From assembly GCF_000018305.1 (NCBI RefSeq), contig NC_009954.1:1950001-1982000 (forward strand): DNA of 32,000 nucleotides, written 5' to 3'. A program made the position numbers and the translations under genes. The first letter of the stretch is position 1, and each line of letters opens with the position of its first letter. Source of the DNA: Caldivirga maquilingensis IC-167 (GTDB lineage Archaea; Thermoproteota; Thermoprotei; Thermoproteales; Thermocladiaceae). A model generated the notes under the pieces. The model saw nothing but the letters and a program-made list of their open reading frames with translations. It did no database searches and was not told where the DNA came from. Shown in pieces: positions 1-7,707 of this stretch.

Positions 1-1080
1 ACTGGGATTACTGGTGGCCCATTCTCAAGTAACCCCACGGCCACAGCCACCTTCTACATTAATGGTTCAAGTGCTGCGTCATTCAGTGTTAGTTTGCCTA
101 AGTGGAATTACATCTACTCGCAGGAATTCTCAAGTTATATGTATGAGTTGGCTGGTGTTGATAATGCCCAAGGTACTTATGCACCCATTGGATCATGGGT
201 TACTATACTTAACTCAAGCGGTGCTAATATATTCATGGTTCAGGTTAGGCTTAAGCAAAACTACAGGCTGGTGGTTAATCCATTAATCCTAGTCAGCCTG
301 AATAATGCACCAGCATTAGGCACTACACTTAACTTAGCGTACGTTAAGCCAACCGTGGGTTTAAGGTATCTTAACATTAGTTACGTTATATGCAATATAA
401 CATCAAGTGGAGTAATCTATGAGGTTAATTTAAGCAGTATTAACCCGCAATTAATAGGCTACCCTTATAATCAATTACTAATCCTAACTAATTATTCAGG
501 TATAGTGCTTGCCCTCAATCCATGGAGCCCAGGTGCCTTAGCCACGTATGGGGTTGATTACAGTGATTATATTCCATATTCGAAATATTCATCAACATCA
601 ATGGTGGGTTACTATATTCAAGTCTACAATACGGCATCCAACTCATTAATCAACCTAGTTTACCTATGGAATGGTGGGGTGCCAACAGCATTAACAATAT
701 ACCAGGGTGAATCCATACTAGTCTACTATGGCAGCCTTACTACAATATACCTGGTTAATGTGAAGGCATCCAGTGTTAACATTTACCCAGGCTTAGTGGG
801 TTCACTTAAATTATACACCTTCAAAGAGACTATACTCAATATACCTCCCGGTTACATGGTGCTCAATGAAACAGCCCCATCCGCCTCACTTAACCCAGGT
901 ATGGTTATAGCTTTTCAGTATCTACCCAGTGAAACACTACCCATAACTTACGTTAACTCAACAATAACTAACTGCTACTCGTTTGAGTATAATCAATTAG
1001 TTAATTATGCATTACTGCTTAATTATGTTCCCGGCCAGGGTTATGTTTACTATGGTTATGGGGGTGGTTCCGAATGTTGA
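1..1080 (+). CDS. Asn/Ser/Thr/Tyr-rich putative extracellular glycoprotein, 5' end outside the window; first visible gene of the pilin-like operon
   Basis: Frame 1 is open from nt 1 (TGITGGPFSSNPTATATFYINGSS...), so the TTG at 94 in the ORF track is probably not the true start. The protein has very few K/R/D/E residues and many N-x-S/T sequons (NSS, NIS, NIT, NLS, NYS, NET, NST). Its stop at 1078-1080 overlaps the next start at 1074. Confidence 0.55.
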   Translation, partial: TGITGGPFSSNPTATATFYINGSSAASFSVSLPKWNYIYSQEFSSYMYELAGVDNAQGTYAPIGSWVTILNSSGANIFMVQVRLKQNYRLVVNPLILVSLNNAPALGTTLNLAYVKPTVGLRYLNISYVICNITSSGVIYEVNLSSINPQLIGYPYNQLLILTNYSGIVLALNPWSPGALATYGVDYSDYIPYSKYSSTSMVGYYIQVYNTASNSLINLVYLWNGGVPTALTIYQGESILVYYGSLTTIYLVNVKASSVNIYPGLVGSLKLYTFKETILNIPPGYMVLNETAPSASLNPGMVIAFQYLPSETLPITYVNSTITNCYSFEYNQLVNYALLLNYVPGQGYVYYGYGGGSEC

Positions 1081-2672
1081 GGCTGGGTCAAGCTAGGTTG
1101 ATTGAGGCTGTGGCCGCGGTCTTAATAATAATTATATTATTCTCAATGCTTCCGCTTCTCTTTAAATCACCCCTTACACCACTTAGGAGTCAGATTCAGG
1201 TTGGTGTTAGTCAATACGCCTATAATTCATTATACACCCTGGTTACTAACCCATTATTCATAAATGCCTTAAGTAAGGGTAACTGGAGTACTATACATTC
1301 ATTGGCATCCGCCATAATTGGTCCTCAGTATAATTGGTTCATTGGCCTTGAACCCCTTTACAAGGCCTTAACCATAAGCTCATATAGTGTCATGCCTAAT
1401 TACGTTGCCTTAAACATAACCCTAGTACCAAGCCCAAGCACATACGGTGGCTATGCGTTAATTGATTTACCAATCCTCTTAATTAACCAGGGCTTACCCC
1501 TCAGTTATAGGATAAACACCAGTGTACCCATGGCTAACGTATTCATATTGAATAGTAATGGTAATCCTGTTAACTGGTGGTTAATGAGTTATAATTACGT
1601 CACTGGGGATGCCTTAATTTGGGTTAAGACTAGTTCAAGTAGGTTAACAATCATTGTTTCCAGGAATGGTTCCGTACCCTATAATCCAATCACCGGTGAA
1701 TACTGCAGTAACCCCTACTGCCCACCCTACGGTGGCTTAAGCTCATTCATGGCTACTTCACTGAATTTACCAATAGCTAATTATAATAATGGGTTAAGCG
1801 TGCTTAGTCAATTGAATGGTTTAAACCAGTACTGGTGGTTTAACCAATCTACTGCATTATGCTCCGGCGCTTACTCATTATCAGGTAACGTGCTTACTTT
1901 TAATGTTCCTCAATCATCATCAGCATCATGCACCTTACTTAACCCATCAATAATAGGTACGTACACAACATTAATTGGGCAGTTAATGAGCATAATACCT
2001 GGTTCATCATTAAGCATTAATTTGAATTACGTGGTGACTGTGTATAATGGAACCAGAAGCTACACAGCCAAGGTGCCTGTTGCATTAATCTTAACCTACT
2101 ACGGTAATGGGACTGTTAACTATGAATTATATGTTAATGGGCAATTAGCCTATGATAACAATGGGCCATACGTCTACTTATTCATGATAAGCCTGCAGCC
2201 TTCAGTAACCCCAGGAGTATGCTCCAGTGGTTCCTCATTATACTACACCCTTAATGAATCAGTGAGTATGTATGATTACGTATCAATGACTAGTAAGTCA
2301 ATAAGCGGTACGTATCAGTCACCATGCCTCCCCCTCACATATAATGGAGTAGCCTCAGCATCAGTGGCAATAAGCAGTAGCTCTGGGATAACCCTGGGTT
2401 TAAATTCCTCATACACCCCTGGTGTGAATTATGAATATAACTCTGTGGTGAAGATCTATGACCTAGTAGCCACGCCACCAGCCACTTCAGCGGTGGTTGC
2501 TGGGGCTTACTTTAATTACGCAATAACCAGTAATGTTATTCCACAGTATTACGCATACAGTATTCCTGGTTTACCATTCACCCCAACGGCAGGCGCCTTC
2601 ACAGTCATAGTGCTACCTAATGGAACGTATTACTTAATTGCACTTGAAATACAGGAGGTGAGTGGTGGATGA
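1074..2672 (+). CDS. Class III (type IV prepilin-like) signal peptide protein with a DUF2341-like segment; putative pilus or surface-filament subunit or adhesin
   Basis: The N-terminus MLRLG/QARLIEAVAAVLIIIILFSML has a basic residue, Gly, then Gln+1 followed by a hydrophobic helix. The internal stretch NPVNWWLMSYNYVTGDALIWVKTSSSRLTIIVSRNGS resembles the DUF2341 signature. About ten N-x-S/T sequons are present (NWS, NIT, NTS, NGS, NQS, NGT, NES, NSS). Both ends overlap neighbouring genes (7 nt and ATGA). Confidence 0.6.
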   Translation: MLRLGQARLIEAVAAVLIIIILFSMLPLLFKSPLTPLRSQIQVGVSQYAYNSLYTLVTNPLFINALSKGNWSTIHSLASAIIGPQYNWFIGLEPLYKALTISSYSVMPNYVALNITLVPSPSTYGGYALIDLPILLINQGLPLSYRINTSVPMANVFILNSNGNPVNWWLMSYNYVTGDALIWVKTSSSRLTIIVSRNGSVPYNPITGEYCSNPYCPPYGGLSSFMATSLNLPIANYNNGLSVLSQLNGLNQYWWFNQSTALCSGAYSLSGNVLTFNVPQSSSASCTLLNPSIIGTYTTLIGQLMSIIPGSSLSINLNYVVTVYNGTRSYTAKVPVALILTYYGNGTVNYELYVNGQLAYDNNGPYVYLFMISLQPSVTPGVCSSGSSLYYTLNESVSMYDYVSMTSKSISGTYQSPCLPLTYNGVASASVAISSSSGITLGLNSSYTPGVNYEYNSVVKIYDLVATPPATSAVVAGAYFNYAITSNVIPQYYAYSIPGLPFTPTAGAFTVIVLPNGTYYLIALEIQEVSGG

Positions 2673-3439
2673 TGAGTAGGATTGGTCAATCAAATATCAT
2701 TGGGGTAGTAATATTGATTGCTGTGGTATTAATAATATCATCAGTCTTCCTAATTTATGCCATGGGTAATTTCAATAAGTCTGCTGCATCAGCTGCATTA
2801 TCCCAGGTTGAGTCATTCCTAACTAATGTCGCTGATGATGTTGAGGCATCAATGTATGTTCCAGGAACAGTGCTTGTTTACCCAATTCCATCAACAGGCT
2901 ATGGTGCATTCAACCTAATTAACAGGTACTGTAACTACACTATTAGTGGTTACGGTAACTTCACCAGTGGCGCCTTGGTTTACGGTATTCCACCCGGCTT
3001 ATTATCATACCCGGTGAACTTCATTGATGTAATCAGGGGTGGTTACGGTAACGGGTTACCGAGCGCAGTGGTTGATAGCCCTATTGTTAATAATTCGGCT
3101 GCGCCATTAATATCCATTGTTCAATTCGGTTACGGTGAGGTGCTTGGGGTAAGTTACGGTACTTACCTGGTTGTCTTCCCAAGGGTAATGATTGTTGAGA
3201 ATCCACCTAACGCCTACATTTATGTCCCAGTGTTCAACCCTATTACTAATACCGCATTAGGCTCTAGGACTACACTAATAATTAACGTAACCAGTGTTGA
3301 GTCTACTGTTATCTCACTGCCGAGTGGTTCATCAGTAACTGTGAGTGGTGAATGCGGTGACTTAAGCGGGTTAGTTACTGTTAATAATCTTAATAGTATT
3401 AATATTGTTATTATTAACATGACTATAACCTATAGGTGA
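2669..3439 (+). CDS. Archaeal type IV pilin-like protein (pilin N-terminal domain type)
   Basis: The N-terminus MMSRIG/QSNIIGVVILIAVVLIISSVFLIY looks like the archaeal pilin N-terminal domain (PF07790-like pattern). Sequons NKS, NYT, NFT, NNS, NVT and NMT are present. The ATG at 2669 overlaps the upstream TGA at 2670-2672. Confidence 0.6.
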   Translation: MMSRIGQSNIIGVVILIAVVLIISSVFLIYAMGNFNKSAASAALSQVESFLTNVADDVEASMYVPGTVLVYPIPSTGYGAFNLINRYCNYTISGYGNFTSGALVYGIPPGLLSYPVNFIDVIRGGYGNGLPSAVVDSPIVNNSAAPLISIVQFGYGEVLGVSYGTYLVVFPRVMIVENPPNAYIYVPVFNPITNTALGSRTTLIINVTSVESTVISLPSGSSVTVSGECGDLSGLVTVNNLNSINIVIINMTITYR

Positions 3440-3443
3440 TGGT

Positions 3444-4001
3444 ATGGATGTGATAGGTTATGTCATAATAACCGTGGCCTTGATTACGGTGGCTGGTTTA
3501 ATGTACTACTACGTTAACTACTACATAACCTACAACATGCTTAACGTTGCATCATACCTAGAGTCACTGATTTATAACGCCATTACTCATGATTTTCAAA
3601 CAGCGGTTGCCTTAGCATCGTTAAACCAAGTCACTGGTTCATTCCAATACCAGTTAACTTTACCAACAGCAACATTACCTAGTCAAGGTATTTCACTACA
3701 GTATACTGTTACGTTTTACCCAGGTTACTTAAGTAATGGTGGCTTAGGCTTATTCCTAAACATTACCGTCACGTTATCAACAAGTAGTCTTAGCCTCACT
3801 GTTAGGAGGAGTGGATTAACTGTATTATCATCGGAGCAACCGGTCATAGTATCGGCCTTAAATTGCTTAAACTCACCGAAACCAGTTACGTTAATTAATC
3901 CAAGTTGGGGCACTTTACCTAATCCACCACCATCATGTACCTGGAGTGGCTCAACAGTGATGAGTGGTTTAGCTTACCTTAACATAACTAAGGTTGGTTA
4001 A
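3444..4001 (+). CDS. Small N-terminally anchored, pilin-like surface protein
   Basis: It starts 4 nt after the upstream stop. The N-terminus MDVIG/YVIITVALITVAGLMYYYV is hydrophobic and preceded by Gly. Charged-residue content is low and S/T/L/N content is high. Sequons NIT x2 are present. Confidence 0.45.
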   Translation: MDVIGYVIITVALITVAGLMYYYVNYYITYNMLNVASYLESLIYNAITHDFQTAVALASLNQVTGSFQYQLTLPTATLPSQGISLQYTVTFYPGYLSNGGLGLFLNITVTLSTSSLSLTVRRSGLTVLSSEQPVIVSALNCLNSPKPVTLINPSWGTLPNPPPSCTWSGSTVMSGLAYLNITKVG

Positions 4002-6895
4002 GTGAAGAACCTCTGCTTAACCTCCTCCTTCTCGGCGTTGTATAATTTAATTATGAATTCATTGAAGTCCTCCGACCCATCTGATGATAGGAATTCCTCA
4101 GCCCTGCGTAGACTAATCCTACTCGCTATAGCCATTAACCCCCTCCAACCATACTTAGTCAATAATTCACTGGCCTTCACTAATCTATCATAATCATCAC
4201 CACTACCCCTCCTAATTATTGCAGCAACCTTATCAGGCTCCATCTTTGATGCAGTTAACTTAACTGAACCACACTTAGGGCACTTCAAGTCCTTAATCAA
4301 ATCCTTAACACTCCCAATGTAGACGTTACCGCATTCAAGGCATGCCAGGGTTAATGGTTCATTAAGCAACCTAGCCTTCACACTCTCAATTATTAACTTA
4401 TCCAACCTCTCCGGGGCAATTACCTCAAGCCTACTGCTAGCCTTACTTAGGATTTCCCTAGCCATTGGACTGAATTCACTCCCCTCAATTACACTCACCT
4501 TAATGGTTCCATCCAGTATGGACTTAAGCACCCTTACGGCTCCATCAACATCAAGATCACTTGTTATGAACTCCCTAAGCGCCTCAACGTAAACCGGTGT
4601 ACCCTCAAGGGCTTGTATCAGGTTGGTTAAGCTAATGTCTGAGACAGACTTATCACTCTTAATTACGTTGAACCTCCTAGCTACGTGAACCACCTTCCTC
4701 TTAAATAAACCAGTCTCAAGGGCAATCCTCTTAATATACTGGATGAACTCACTCATGCTTAAGTTCGCCAACGCCCTCAGGGACTCAATTATGATGCCTG
4801 GCCCAACCTTACTAGGTAGTTGAAGTATTATTGCGTATGGGTCCTGTTGAACCCTAACCGGTAAGTCAAGGGCATGCGTCATGTAGCTGGCTAATAATCT
4901 TGATAATGTCCTATTCACTAATGTACCGAAGCTGGCGTGTACGACGACTAATTCACCAACCTTCTCAATGATTATTGAGTCATCAGTTGGCACGAAGCCG
5001 TACTTCAACTGCTCCTTAATAGTTGACACAATGTACTTAACCGTGCGCCTAGATACACCCAACTCCTTGGTCAACCTACTAATTAACGCATCCTCACTGG
5101 CGCCGTTCCTTAACTCGTCTGTTATTATTCTCTTCAATCTACCGACGTCTTGCGCAATCTCAAAGGGGACGGGTATCTCTTCCCCAATCCATGATGGTAT
5201 AGCACCCACTGGGTCCTTTGCTGGTTCAACGTAAATTACATCATCCTTAATTGACCTAAGTATCCATACGTTACCCCTGAATACGAATTTTATTCCTGGT
5301 TCCCCATACTCAGCCATGAATGCCTCATCAAGCACACCAACCACCTCACCTGTATCAACTCTAGTAACCAGGTACTGCTTCTCCTCAGGTATCATTGATA
5401 AGTTGTTGAAGAAGTATTCCCTAAGCTCAATCCTGGACCTAGGGCTCCTCGGCTTTAACACAACACCCTCCTCCTCAATGAAGTAGACTAACCTAGGCCT
5501 AAGGCCCTCACTCATGAATCTGAGAACTGCAATCAACTCATCCCTAGTTAAGTTCCTGTAGGGGTAGGCGCCCTTAACTATGTTGAGTATCTCATCAACA
5601 GTCCACCTGGGTTTCATGAGTATCAGGGATACTATTTGATTAAAGAGGACGTCGTAAGGCTTCTCAGGGGACTTGGTTGGTTCAAGCCAGCCGGCCCTAG
5701 CCCTATTCACTATGGCTATTGCCTCCAAGGTATCGTTAATATCCTCAGTTATTATAATGCCCTTAGGTACCTTATCAAGCCTATGCCCACTCCTCCCAAC
5801 CCTCTGAACAAGCCTGGTGACTTGATGCGGTGAAACGTATTGAATAACCTGGTCAACGTGCCCAATATCAATACCTAGCTCTAGGCTTGATGTGGCTACA
5901 ACAGCCTTAAGCCTACCACCCCTAAGCATCTCCTCTGTGTTAAGCCTATTAACCCTGGATAATGAACTGTGGTGTATTGATACTGGGTAGGTTGGGTTAA
6001 TCATGAGTATTCTTGAGGTGAGTAACTCAGCCATTGACCTGGTGTTAACGAAAACTATTGATGACTTACCACCATCATCAATTAGATTCATGACGTACAG
6101 CAACCTGGCTAAGGCATCGTTATGGAATAATTCATCAGCATTAATGTTATTCACAATCATGTACCTAGCCTTAAGTTCATTAATGTCCGCGTTACTTAAT
6201 GATACTGCTGGGTTAATTACATCGAATTGGTAATTCCTAGTGAAGGATAGGTTAATGACTTCACACTCCTCATCATTACCCACAAGGAATTTAGCCACTT
6301 CACTGGGTGAACCCACTGATGCCGATAATCCAATTACCTGGAATCTACCCGCCAAGGCCTTAAGCTTCTGTAGGCCGATTGATAATTGACTCCCCCTCTT
6401 ATCCTCAACTAACTCATGAACCTCATCCACTATAACCCATTTAACCTTAGATATGTGCTCCCTAAGCCTACTACCAATGAAGAGTATTTGAAGGGTCTCC
6501 GGGGTGGTTATGAGTAATTGAGGAGGGTTCCTACTCTGCCTAGCCCTCTCATTCTTATCAGTGTCCCCATGCCTAACAGCCACAGTTAACCCAACCCCAC
6601 TAGCCCACCACTCAATCCTCCTTAGTAAATCCCTATTAAGGGCCCTGAGGGGGGTTATGTATAGTATGTAGATTCCCCTCGGTTTATCCTGAGGCATATT
6701 TAGGTACATTGATAAGACAGGTAGTAGGGCAGCCTCAGTCTTACCGCTACCAGTGGGGGCTATTAGTAGGGTGTTTTTACCGCTTAATATGACTGGGATT
6801 GCCTTAAGCTGAGGCTCGGTTAATTCCCTGAAGCCCCTCTTAACCACTAATTCCTTAACCATGGGATGCAGCATGCTTAATACATCAATAGACAT
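3998..6895 (-). CDS. lhr: Lhr-type ATP-dependent DEAD/DEAH-box helicase (large helicase-related protein)
   Basis: Helicase motifs are APTGSGKTEAA (I), DEVHE (II), GLSASVG (III), TSSLELGIDIG (V) and QRVGRSGH (VI). A long Lhr-like C-terminal region carries a CxxC...CxxC zinc ribbon (CLECG...CPKCG). I prefer the ATG at 6895 (MSIDVLSMLHP...) because a CTTTTATAA box lies at 6932-6924 on the minus strand. The track start at 6946 is a TTG. Confidence 0.85.
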   Translation of the reverse strand: MSIDVLSMLHPMVKELVVKRGFRELTEPQLKAIPVILSGKNTLLIAPTGSGKTEAALLPVLSMYLNMPQDKPRGIYILYITPLRALNRDLLRRIEWWASGVGLTVAVRHGDTDKNERARQSRNPPQLLITTPETLQILFIGSRLREHISKVKWVIVDEVHELVEDKRGSQLSIGLQKLKALAGRFQVIGLSASVGSPSEVAKFLVGNDEECEVINLSFTRNYQFDVINPAVSLSNADINELKARYMIVNNINADELFHNDALARLLYVMNLIDDGGKSSIVFVNTRSMAELLTSRILMINPTYPVSIHHSSLSRVNRLNTEEMLRGGRLKAVVATSSLELGIDIGHVDQVIQYVSPHQVTRLVQRVGRSGHRLDKVPKGIIITEDINDTLEAIAIVNRARAGWLEPTKSPEKPYDVLFNQIVSLILMKPRWTVDEILNIVKGAYPYRNLTRDELIAVLRFMSEGLRPRLVYFIEEEGVVLKPRSPRSRIELREYFFNNLSMIPEEKQYLVTRVDTGEVVGVLDEAFMAEYGEPGIKFVFRGNVWILRSIKDDVIYVEPAKDPVGAIPSWIGEEIPVPFEIAQDVGRLKRIITDELRNGASEDALISRLTKELGVSRRTVKYIVSTIKEQLKYGFVPTDDSIIIEKVGELVVVHASFGTLVNRTLSRLLASYMTHALDLPVRVQQDPYAIILQLPSKVGPGIIIESLRALANLSMSEFIQYIKRIALETGLFKRKVVHVARRFNVIKSDKSVSDISLTNLIQALEGTPVYVEALREFITSDLDVDGAVRVLKSILDGTIKVSVIEGSEFSPMAREILSKASSRLEVIAPERLDKLIIESVKARLLNEPLTLACLECGNVYIGSVKDLIKDLKCPKCGSVKLTASKMEPDKVAAIIRRGSGDDYDRLVKASELLTKYGWRGLMAIASRISLRRAEEFLSSDGSEDFNEFIIKLYNAEKEEVKQRFFT

Positions 6896-6923
6896 TATTA
6901 CTACTGACAATGAGCATAACCCC

Positions 6924-6932
6924 TTATAAAAG
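6924..6932 (-). promoter_or_regulatory. TATA-like box for lhr
   Basis: The minus strand reads CTTTTATAA, centred about 33 nt upstream of the ATG at 6895. It would fall inside the coding sequence if the TTG at 6946 were used. Confidence 0.4.
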
Positions 6933-7032
6933 TTTCCACGATGCAAATGAAGGCATCATTAACCCCACTTGTTTAAGGTATGCTGCATTAATGCTGGTGC
7001 CTAATTAACTCCTCATTTTTGCGTGGAGTAAT

Positions 7033-7040
7033 ATTTTTAA
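7033..7040 (+). promoter_or_regulatory. TATA-like box for the Trm112-like gene
   Basis: ATTTTTAA ends 23 nt upstream of the ATG at 7063, consistent with a leaderless mRNA. Confidence 0.45.
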
Positions 7041-7062
7041 GTTCACGATACGGCACCTGCTG

Positions 7063-7464
7063 ATGAAATATAGGTTAATGGATATTTTAGCATGCCCATA
7101 TGATAAAACATTCCCACTAACCCTAGTGGTATTTGAGGAGAAGACTTACCCTGAAAGAACATACAGCGGTAGAGTACCCTTCTGCGAACTATACTGCTCC
7201 TTCAGGAAAATGAACATTAAGGACATGAGTAACCCAAGCCAGGAAGCACCCTGCGGTGAGTGCATTAAGCATGAGGTGGTTAACGGCATACTATACTGCC
7301 CAACCTGCGGTAGATGGTACCCCATAAAGGATGAGATACCGATACTACTCCCCGATGAGTTAAGGAATAAGAAGGAGGATGATGAATTCCTGGATAAGTT
7401 CAAGGATAAGATAAGGGAATTAGCCCCTGAGATAGCATCCAAGATACTTAAACAAGCCACGTAA
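7063..7464 (+). CDS. trm112: Trm112-family (UPF0434/DUF343-like) small zinc-binding protein with a central insertion and a charged C-terminal tail
   Basis: The N-terminal LMDILACPYDK and C-terminal NGILYCPTCGRWYPIKDEIPILLPDE match the Trm112 pattern (LaCP ... L.C..C...YPI.dgIP.ll). The central insert carries CELYC and CGEC. Confidence 0.55.
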   Translation: MKYRLMDILACPYDKTFPLTLVVFEEKTYPERTYSGRVPFCELYCSFRKMNIKDMSNPSQEAPCGECIKHEVVNGILYCPTCGRWYPIKDEIPILLPDELRNKKEDDEFLDKFKDKIRELAPEIASKILKQAT

Positions 7465-7510
7465 CTCACTGGGGAGCGTGATTAAGTGGGAGACGTAAAG
7501 GAGGCAAAAC

Positions 7511-7520
7511 CTTAATAATA
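7511..7520 (+). promoter_or_regulatory. TATA-like box for the small-ORF/SMC-like operon
   Basis: CTTAATAATA is centred about 28 nt upstream of the ATG at 7543. Confidence 0.4.
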
Positions 7521-7542
7521 ACTAGGTGATCCTAAACTTGAA

Positions 7543-7707
7543 ATGGATGTTAAATCCAGTGAGACCATTATTGAATTAATAAGGAGGGAGTTTGGCGAGG
7601 ACTCGGAGCTGGTGCTGAGCCTATATAAGGCTTATAGGGAGAGGGGTGTTAAGGGGATTAGGGAGGAGTTAAACACAATGCTTAGTAAATATGGGATCAA
7701 GTTATGA
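7543..7707 (+). CDS. 54-aa helical, charged small protein, translationally coupled to the Rad50-like ATPase; absent from the supplied ORF track
   Basis: The ATG at 7543 gives MDVKSSETIIELIRREFGEDSELVLSLYKAYRERGVKGIREELNTMLSKYGIKL. Its TGA at 7705-7707 overlaps the downstream ATG at 7704-7706 (ATGA). A TATA-like box sits at the correct distance upstream. Confidence 0.5.
   Translation: MDVKSSETIIELIRREFGEDSELVLSLYKAYRERGVKGIREELNTMLSKYGIKL

Noticed and set aside
14-286. 90-aa ORF in a second frame at the left edge
   Set aside because: It overlaps the frame-1 ORF, which is open from nt 1 and has the same N/S/T/Y-rich, sequon-dense composition as the rest of the operon. The 90-aa product has no such coherence and is most likely an overlapping spurious frame.
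3220-6233. Short ORFs at 3220-3420(-), 3725-3913(-), 4002-4193(+), 4968-5234(+), 5636-5833(+) and 6003-6233(+)
   Set aside because: All lie antisense to, or out of frame within, long well-supported genes (the pilin-like genes and lhr). They have low-complexity S/L/N-rich products typical of shadow ORFs.
6896-6946. N-terminal extension of lhr from the TTG at 6946 (MHRGNFYKGLCSLSVVI...)
   Set aside because: It uses a TTG start, and the extension contains the CTTTTATAA box that fits as a promoter for the ATG at 6895. The helicase N-terminus MSIDVLSMLHP is a more typical start.
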